64,000 bases of DNA from positions 41,540,001 to 41,604,000 of the forward strand of contig OX597828.1 of assembly GCA_951406725.2 (NCBI GenBank). The letters run 5' to 3'. Positions 54,527 through 64,000 of this stretch are shown here, piece by piece (within the stretch, counting starts at the first letter, position 1; the number at the start of each line of letters is the position of its first letter). The translations under genes were made by a program, and so were the position numbers. Origin of the DNA: Octopus vulgaris. Taxonomy: Eukaryota. The notes beneath the pieces were generated by a model, which was given only the letters and a program-made list of their open reading frames with translations, was not told the DNA's origin and did no database searches.

Positions 54527-54926
54527 ACTCTTTTACTCTTTTACTTGTTTCAGTCATTTGACTGTGGCCATGCTGGAGCACCACCTTTTAGTCGAGCAAA
54601 TCGACCCCAGGACTTATTCTTTGTAAGCCTAGTACTTATTCTATCGGCCTCTTTTGCCGAACCGCTAAGTTACGGGGGCGTAAACACATCAGCATCGGTT
54701 GTCAAGTGGTGTTGGGGGGGACAAACACAGACACACACACGTATACACACACACACATATACATATATACGACAGGCTTCTTTCAGTTTCCGTCTACCAA
54801 ATCCACACACAAGGCTTTGGTCGACTCGAGGCTATAGTAGAAGACACTTGCCCAAGGTGTCACGCAGTGGGACTGAACCCAGAACCATGTGGTTCGTAAG
54901 CAAGCTACTTACCACACAACCACTCC
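54527..54926 (-). mobile_element. SINE family A
   Basis: Near full length. Confidence 0.9.
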
Positions 54927-55244
54927 TTGTTTTTCGATTTTTACTTGCTGATGGTTGCTCAATATATCGAGTGAGGTTGGTAGCATGGCTAAAATCAGAG
55001 TAACACAATATATCAAGGCTGTACGTTTAATCATAGCAAGAATTCATCTGCCGGTCTTCCAGACAGCTTCCCTTTTACCCGATACCATTCACAAAGCCTT
55101 GGGATGAAGCTCGAGGCAATGGTAAAAGACATTTAACCAACATGACACGCAATGGGTGGGATCGAACCTGTGATCGCTTACGCTGAACGATTAAAAAGGT
55201 GCTTTACTTAAATATTTGGTTAATACATTATTGTTTCTGAGAGA

Positions 55245-56185
55245 GACACAAGGCCTGAAATATTGTGGGGAGGTGTAAGTCGATTACACTGACCTCAGTG
55301 CATAACTGGTACTTATTTTATTGACTTTGAAAGAATAAAGGGCAATGCTTGAACTCAGAACTTAAAGACGGACGAAGTAACGCTAAGTATTTTGGCCAAT
55401 GTCATAACGATTCAACCGGCTCACCTCCTTCAATAGTTTGAAGTATTTCTATTTTGACTTCAAATATTAATATAAGGCTAGTAATTTCAGGGAAGGTGGT
55501 AATGAGTCGATTACATCGACCCCAGTACACAACTGATACTTATTTTATCGACCCCAGTAATCAACAGATATTTATCGACCTAGGAAAGATGAAAGGCAAA
55601 GTCGACCTCGGCAGAATGTGAACTTAGGACGTAAAGACGGACGAAATGTTGTTAAGCATTTCGCCCGGCATGCTAACGTTTCTGAAATATTCTTAAATTT
55701 ATTTCTTTATTGCTCACAGGGGGCTAAACACAGGGACAAACAAGGACAGAAAAAGAGATTAAGTCGATTACATCGACCCCAGTATGTAACTGTTTTATCG
55801 ACCCCGAAAGGATGAAGGACAAAGTCAACCACACAGAGAGGACACACAAACGGATTAAGTCAATTACATCGACTCCAGTGCCTAACTGGTACTTATTCAA
55901 TCGACCCCGAAAGGATGAAAGGCAAAGTCGACCTCGGCGGAATTTGAACTCAGAACATAAAAACAGACGAAATACCACAAGGAGCAAAACACAGAGAGGA
56001 CACACAAGCGGATTAAGTCGATTGTATCGACTCCAGTGTGTAACTAGTACTTATTCAATCGACCCCGAAAGGATGAAAGACAAAGACAACCTCGGCGGAA
56101 TTTGAACTCAGAACGTAGCGGCAGACGAAATACTACTACGCATTTCGCCCGGCGTGCTAACGTTTCCGCCAGCTCCCACCGCCTT
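55245..56185 (-). mobile_element. Cluster of SINE family B copies and multimers
   Basis: Repeated ATCGACCCCGAAAGGATGAAAGG units with at least two heads. Confidence 0.85.
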
Positions 56186-56230
56186 TGAAATATCCATATA
56201 TTAACCATGTGAACAATTTATCACAGATTT

Positions 56231-56622
56231 GAGTGGTGGAAGCACTCCGTCGGTTACGACGACGAGGGTTCCGGTTGATCCGAATCAACGGAACAGCCTG
56301 CTCGTGAAATTAATGTGTAAGTGGCTGAGTACTCCACAGACACGTGTACCCATAACGTAGTTCTCGGGGATATTCAGCGTGACACAGAGAGTGACAAGGC
56401 CGGCCCTTTGAAATACAGGTACAACAGAAACAGAAAGTAAGAGTGAGAGAAAGTTGTGGTGAAAGAGTACAGCAGGGATCACCACCATCCCCTGCCGGAG
56501 CCTCGTGGAGCTTTTAGGTGTTTTCGCTAAATAAACACTCACAACGCCCGGTCTGGGAATCGAAACCGCGATCCTATGACTGCGTGTCCGCTGCCCTAAC
56601 CACTGGGCCATTGCGCCTCCAC
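56231..56622 (-). mobile_element. OR1-like SINE, full length
   Basis: tRNA-like head, tail X; 12-bp TSD TATCACAGATTT (56219-56230, 56623-56634). Confidence 0.92.
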
Positions 56623-57014
56623 TATCACAGATTTACTAAACTGATGTCTGAAATTCTTTTAAAAATCTGAAGATATCTGTTAGAAGACGGCAGCTGTTCT
56701 AAAGAAACGGCACATGTTGCAGTGTTTTGTCTATTATAATCCTCGTTCTATGGTCCCCCGAAGCAGAGGTCTCCTGCGCAGTCTGACAGTTGTTGGTGAT
56801 TCTATGAAAGAATATCTAGATTCAATTAATTGTTATAAATGATGGGATTAAGATATTTAAACGTTTCTCTATTGAAACCTGTTCCATGTAATCTGTGCGA
56901 GAAAAAAAAAAGAGAAAAAAGAAAGAGAAATCTGTATTTTTGGCATTTGGCTAGAATCATTGAGATGACTCGAGTAGCAATTGTATGTCACATTGTGAGC
57001 AGCTGGTATAGTGT

Positions 57015-57910
57015 GGGTGGTAGTGGTGGTGGTGGTGGCGGTTGTGTTGGTGGCGGTTGTGGTGGTGGTGGTAGTAGTGGTGGTAGTGGTGTTGGTGGTG
57101 GTAGTGGTATTGGTAGTAATCGCTGTGCTGGTTATTGCTGTGGTGTTGTTGATGGTAGTGGTACTGATGATGATGGTTGTAATGGTAGTGGAGGTTGTGG
57201 TGGTGGTGGTGGTGGTGTTGTTTGTAGTAGTAGTGTTGGTTGTGGTAGTGGTTTTGGTGGTGGTATTGGTAGTAATTGCTGTGGTGTTGTTGATGGTAGT
57301 GGTACTGATGATGGTTGTAATGTTGGTGGTGGCAGTGGAGGTTGTGATGGTGGTAGTAGTGGTTGTGGTGGTGTTGTTTGTAGTAGTAGTGTTGGTTGTG
57401 GTAGTGGTGGTGGTAATGGTTTTGGTGGTGGTATTGATGGTTATTGCTGTGGTGTTGTTGATGGTGGTTGTCGCAAATGTGGTGGTGTTCGGGGTGGTTG
57501 TGGTGGTTGTGGTAGTGATGGTAGTAGTGATGCTAGTTGAGGTTATGGTAATAGTTGTTAGTGGTATTTGTGATGTTAGTGGTTGTGGTGAATCGTTGTG
57601 ATTGTGGTGGTAGTTGTAGTGGTGGTGGTTGTGATGGTAGTGGTGGTGGTGGTGGTTGTGATTGTGGTAGTTGTTGTAGTGGTGGTGGTTGTGATGGTAG
57701 TGGCGGTGGTTGTGGTTGTGATTGTGGTGGTAGTTGTAGTGGTGGTTGTTGTGATGGTAGTGATGGTGAAGGCGGTGGTAGTGGTTGTGATTGTGGTGGT
57801 AGTTGTAGTGGTGTTGGTTGTGGGGGTAGTGGCGGTGGTTGTGGTTGTTATTGTGGTGGTAGTTGTAGAGGCGGTTTGTTGTGATGGTAGTGGCGGTGTT
57901 GGTGGTTACT
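57015..57910. repeat. (GGT/GTT/GTA)n low-complexity region with higher-order duplications
   Basis: Direct reading. Confidence 0.85.
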
Positions 57911-58342
57911 GGCAGTGCTGCTGTTGTTGTTGTTGTTGTTGTTGTGTATCCCCAAGTCAATCTTGATACAACAGTACGATCATCCTACAACACGTAAGTA
58001 GTCTGCTCAATATCGATGTGCGGCCCACCGAGCCATCTTCTTAGGTACACCTCATGTCTGCTTCGCTTGAGGGCAGCCTCACTGCGCAATTCAACCGAAA
58101 TGCGGTGATGCACTGCTTGAAGCCCAGTTTAGGCCTGTTGCACTCTTACCGTTGTCCACTCTCTATCCAAACACCTATAAGTACAGATGCGGACCACAAA
58201 GGACGCGAGACAAGATGAACTTAGTAAGAGCATAACACCGTTCCACCTCAGCGCTTAGTAACGGCGGCGTACAAATCAACCTAAGGACACGTTAAAAGGT
58301 TCTTGGAGTAGACACATTGATATTAGTTAACGTGTCCTTCAT

Positions 58343-58506
58343 AGGCGCAGGAGTGGCTGTGTGGTAAGTAGCTTGCTTACCAACCATATGGTTCCGGGTT
58401 CATTCCCACTGCGTGGCACCTTGGGCAAGTGTCTTCTACTATAGCCTCTGGCCGACCAAAGTCTTGAGTGGATTTGGTAGACGGAAACTGAAAGAAGCCA
58501 GTCGTA

Positions 58507-58597
<91 letters not shown>

Positions 58598-58836
58598 GTA
58601 TGTATGTATGTATGTGTGTGTATATGTTTGTGCGTCTGTGTTTGTCCCCCTCCAACATCGCTTGACAATCGATGGTGGTGTGTTTACGTCCCCGGAATTT
58701 AGCGGTTCGGCAAAAGAGACCGATAGAATAAGTATTAGGCTTACAAAGAATAAGTCCTGGGTTCGATTTGCTCAATTAAAGACGGTGTTCCAGCATGGCC
58801 GCAGTCAAATGTCTGAAACAAGTAAAGAGTAAGAGT
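58343..58836 (+). mobile_element. SINE family A, full length
   Basis: Head to tail; long internal (TA)n. Confidence 0.92.
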
Positions 58837-59814
58837 AATGTTAATGTGCACTGTCCAAGAAAAATACGAGATGGCTATGGATGGAATTATCAATGATGGT
58901 CATCAATGGCTGTTGACATGATGTATTTTCAAGATTTGGGGGCAATAGTCTGTGAGGCACCACTCTGCAGCAAACGGAATTAATTTTCAGATGAGTGAAC
59001 AGCATGAAATAACATGTTTTACCCAAGGACTCACCGCAACATTTATTCTGAGACTCGAACCCACGACTTTGCTATTCTGAGTCTAACACTTTAACCAGAA
59101 AGCTACGAGCTTTCTCATAGATGGAGCATCATTAATTATAGTTCAGATCAGTCTCGACTGACGATTTGGGGCGTATATAAGGCATCTGTTGATAAAGGTT
59201 GACTAATTATCTGCCCTAAAATGCGCAGTTCTGGGCAAATAAGTTTTTTTTGTTGTTGTTGCAAAAAACTGGCAGTTGTCAATGCATTACAAATCTTCTC
59301 TCTCTGCACCACAGATATAGTTCCAGAGAAGGCCGTTGTTTTGGCACCTATAGAGCTTGGCTCTAGTGTCTTCGCCAGATGTTCCTCTCAGAGCATAAAG
59401 AGCCATAACAATGACTGCAAGATGTCTTGACTGACGTTCCATCAGTTCCGTTAATCCACGGCTTTAATGTCCACCACAATGGTCCTTGATGTAGTGTGGT
59501 GCCTCGTGTATCTGTAAGCCAACGGAGCGCAAGCTTCCGGCAGGGCTGCATATGCTGGACAGGTCAAAAGATGGTCAGATTAACACGGAACTACCTCTTC
59601 TCAAAAGTAAAAATGCGTTTGTGTAGGGCCAACAACCTACCTTGAATAAAAGCAAAGTTATAGACGCACTGATAGCAATTCAAGGCCAACATTTACCGAG
59701 AGAAGAAAGAAAGCATAGAAACGAAAGCAGGAGAGAAAAGTTGTGGATAACATAGTCTATGCTCCATAAAGAACGAAGGGTTTGTGCAAATAAGTACTAT
59801 AGATTGGTATATCT

Positions 59815-60014
59815 TTTATCTTTTGCTTGTTTCAGTCATTAGACTGCGGCCAAGCTGGGGCACCGCATTGAAGAATCTTTGATTTTTTCTTTTAATGTCT
59901 GGTACTTATTCTATCGAGCTCTTCAGCCAAACCTCTAAGTTACAGGGATGTAAAACATAGCAACATTGGTTATCAAACGGTAGTGGGGAACAACACAGAC
60001 ACAAAGACCAAAGA

Positions 60015-60066
<52 letters not shown>

Positions 60067-60073
60067 TATATAT

Positions 60074-60116
<43 letters not shown>

Positions 60117-60255
60117 GACAGGTTCCTTTCGCTTTCCGTCTACCAAATCCACTCACAAGGTTTTGGTCGGCCCGAGGCTATTGTAGAAGACACTTGCTCA
60201 AGGTGCCACGCAGTAGGACTGAACCCTGAACCCTGTGGTTATTAAGGAAGCTACA
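59815..60255 (-). mobile_element. SINE family A, diverged
   Basis: Similarity to consensus. Confidence 0.8.
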
Positions 60256-60336
60256 CGCACACACACACACACACACATATACATACATACATACATACAT
60301 ACATAAATACATACATACATACATATATATATATAT

Positions 60337-60395
<59 letters not shown>

Positions 60396-60402
<7 letters not shown>

Positions 60403-60687
60403 AAGGGCAAAATGAAATACTTACATGCGCCCATGTAAGTATTTATTTTCTATTTATTTCTATTCGTATTTTCTACTGGAGAGGAAACAATCTACGAGAT
60501 TAATTCCGAAATTGATACAATATAGAAATAACGAACTTTTAAAAAAAAATTCTGTTGGCTAGCTTTCCTCGATTTCAGCACAACGTATTTCTGTAGTGGG
60601 TATATAATAATATGTGGAAATTGACGATTTAAAAGTCTGTTATCAGCATATTGGCATAGAAATAATTTTCTTTTGCCCTTGTTTATA
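60396..60687. mobile_element. Putative MITE with perfect 17-bp terminal inverted repeats
   Basis: TATAAACAAGGGCAAAA (60396-60412) / TTTTGCCCTTGTTTATA (60671-60687). Confidence 0.65.
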
Positions 60688-60776
60688 AGTTGTTTATAAT
60701 TTTAACCTTTAAAGGTATTTAATATGTTGCCACTTTTTTGGTGAAATTTTTCTCTGTAAAAAAAATCTTCATCTTA

Positions 60777-60807
<31 letters not shown>

Positions 60808-60985
60808 GTTATTAGTATATATATATTTTATGTATTGGCTTATGTTTTTCATTGTTTGATTTGCCTAATAGTGGTTCTATCTCTAATTTAATATAATATA
60901 ATATAATATATTTATACTATAAAATTGAATTTAATCCTAAATCTGATTTTTCCCTGTAAGTTCGGATTTATTCCCTAATATTTTG

Positions 60986-61027
<42 letters not shown>

Positions 61028-61043
61028 ATATATATATATATAT

Positions 61044-61078
<35 letters not shown>

Positions 61079-61079
<1 letters not shown>

Positions 61080-61283
61080 TACGGAGATGTACTCGCATAG
61101 CAAGTAATTTGATCTGAGATCGTGTGCTGAAACGAAAACAATTGCAGCGTGGGAGGTGTTTATAAGCCATTTAAGAAACACACAAAAGCCGTTCGATTCA
61201 CTCCAACATTTAAGTTTAATTTGTCAAAATATTTTCGTCGCTAAAATCCGCGACCTGTTCACTGACAAAGTCCGTGCTGCATC
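61079..61283 (-). mobile_element. ~205-bp element carrying a G3:C8 hammerhead-like motif (copy 2), between (TA)n tracts
   Basis: Reverse-complement match to 30561-30767; motif at 61220-61269. Confidence 0.8.
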
Positions 61284-61286
61284 TCA

Positions 61287-61375
<89 letters not shown>

Positions 61376-62236
61376 TTTTTATATCGACTCCGAAAGAATG
61401 AAATGCAAAGTTCAACACAGCGAGATTCGAACTCAAGAATAGGAACAAACACCGCTAGACTTTATATATATATATATATATATAACGCTTCGACGACCCT
61501 GCCAATTATCCGTACAAGAACTACAAAATCCCAAACATTTCGTGCTCCCCTTACTGTGGTACGTAAGTCCTCACCACTGTTCCTATGAACCGAAGTTATT
61601 TAGGTTAATAGGCTGCTATATCATCCATTCTACCAAACACAACTGCAGACGTTACACAGATAATTAGCGATTTCAAAACACTTCTTTGACCTGAACCGAT
61701 AAGTCGTAGAGAGATTTCCTGGTAGACCAACAAAACAATTATTTGGAAACACGGCTTTTCCAAATTGCAATATTTGCGAGAAAATGAAAAACTGAAAATA
61801 GATTTTTCAACTCTCGCATCTTATCTGTTGTTATCTTAATCTAGTGTAGTTTATTGTTTCTTATAGTTTTTTTTTGTGGAGAGTTTCTTTTTTTGTTTTT
61901 TGTTATTTTTTTGTTGGTTTATTTATTTATTTATTTTTTGACACAAAATTCACTTCGGGGAGTAGATGTATGACACAGCGAGAGCAGAGAAGTGAAGAGA
62001 GAAAAATATATGACAACAAAGAAACTGACAAAAGTTGATTAAACAACAACACAAAACATTCTCTCTCTCTTTCCCAATCTCTCTCTCTTTCCTCCACTAT
62101 GTGTGTGTGTGTGTGTGTGCGTGTGTGTGAATGTATGTATGTGTGTGTGTATCTGTTTACACACACATACATATACATACATGCACACTACGCATATATA
62201 TATATATACATATATATATATGTATATGTATAGGTG

Positions 62237-62295
<59 letters not shown>

Positions 62296-62431
62296 ATATA
62301 TATGATATATACATGCATGTATGAATGTATATATATATATATACATATATATATAGATAGATATATAAATATATATATAAATGAAAAAATATATATACAA
62401 ATATACATACAATTATATATAGATATATATG

Positions 62432-62463
<32 letters not shown>

Positions 62464-62472
62464 TACGAATCC

Positions 62473-62548
<76 letters not shown>

Positions 62549-63353
62549 GTCTATGTGCGTGTGTATGTGTGTTTTAATCATTTCATGTTTTCAACTTTTT
62601 AGTTGATCACAAGGAAATATTGCATTGAGACCAGCAATGAACTCACTCCTCTTCCTCCTCCTCCTCCTCCTCCTCTTCATCATCATCATCGTCATCATCG
62701 CTGCCATCGCTGCCATCGCCACCATTATAACCAAAGAAGCAATATTATCACCACCAACACTACTGTCCTCTACATTATTCATATCATCACCACCACCACC
62801 ACCATTATCACCACCAACACCACCACCACCACCACCACCACCACCACCACCACCACCACCACCACGACCCTCATCATCATCATCATCAACATCATCATCA
62901 TCATCATCTTCATCATCATCATCATTTCCATCACCACCGTTATCATCAGTGATGATACCATCTGCACCACCAGAACAACAAAACCCACCACTGACAACAA
63001 CACCACTACTTCTTCTTCCACAACTTCCCCAACAACAACTACACTAGCAACACTATCACCACCACCATCACCACCACCACCACCACTACCACAACTACTA
63101 CCACCAATACCACCAATACCACCACTACCCCACCACCGCCACCGCTATCAACAACAACAGCAACACTACTGAGCCAACAACAACTACCTTAATACCATCT
63201 CTGCCACAACACAAACACGTATCTTAGACAGCACTAGTTCCACTACAGCCACCACCACCACCACCACCACCACCACCACCGCAAGTACCACCCCTACCAC
63301 CATCATCATCACGACCATCAAAAACACTGTAGTCATTGTTTTTTGTTGTTATA

Positions 63354-63399
<46 letters not shown>

Positions 63400-63481
63400 G
63401 AGTTTTTTGGATGGGATAAATAATTGTTTTTCTAGATGAAAACAAGATGGCAATAAAAACATATATATATATATGTATATA

Positions 63482-63527
<46 letters not shown>

Positions 63528-63592
63528 AGTATATATATGATGTATATATATATATATGTATGTGTTTATATCTATATATCTATATGTATATA

Positions 63593-63667
<75 letters not shown>

Positions 63668-63712
63668 ATATATATATATATATATATGTGTGTGTATATA
63701 TATATCTGTATA

Positions 63713-63796
<84 letters not shown>

Positions 63797-63809
63797 ATAT
63801 ATATATATG

Positions 63810-63841
<32 letters not shown>

Positions 63842-64000
63842 TCTATATATATGTGTGTATGTATATATGAAAAAAGAACTCACGAATAATTTCTTTTCTG
63901 TTTTTTTTTTACTGCTATATTATTAATGCTTCATAAAGAAAAAAAAATCTCCATGTAAGTGCTGTTTGAATCTATGTATGTATGTATGTATGTATGTATG

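Noticed and set aside
58283-58339. 13-bp inverted repeat AAGGACACGTTAA
   Set aside because: Isolated; no family or functional context visible
58000-59790. Faint RTE-like remnants (RPKLGFKQCI on the minus strand near 58110-58140; 5'-UTR-like words near 59625)
   Set aside because: Too short and decayed to call without a database search

Overview
Very AT-rich, microsatellite-saturated eukaryotic non-coding DNA. The SINE repertoire (tRNA-headed families resembling the octopus OK/OR1/OR2 SINEs) suggests an octopod cephalopod genome; this is an inference. No host protein-coding exon can be supported, and nearly all listed ORFs are translations of simple repeats. The window holds about 20 copies or fragments of a bipartite SINE (family A) and about 15 of a second SINE (family B, often with tandem ~184-bp internal units). 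It also contains OR1/OR2-like SINEs with swapped tails, two decayed Tc1/mariner transposases (a DD37D maT type and a mariner type), several MITEs, a 31-bp minisatellite and two GGAACTTTCCAGGAAGT arrays. The only real long reading frame is a 5'-truncated, uninterrupted L1/Tx1-clade ORF2 (46115-47605) flanked on both sides by (TATC)n, a candidate (GATA)n-microsatellite-targeted retrotransposon. Reading by eye also reveals at least five intact or near-intact minimal type-I hammerhead-ribozyme-like motifs plus two damaged ones, belonging to six unrelated short repeats and of the kind known from Penelope-like elements and retrozymes. One of these repeats occurs in two copies that both carry a compensatory G3:C8 core swap. 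Coordinates of decayed repeats are approximate.
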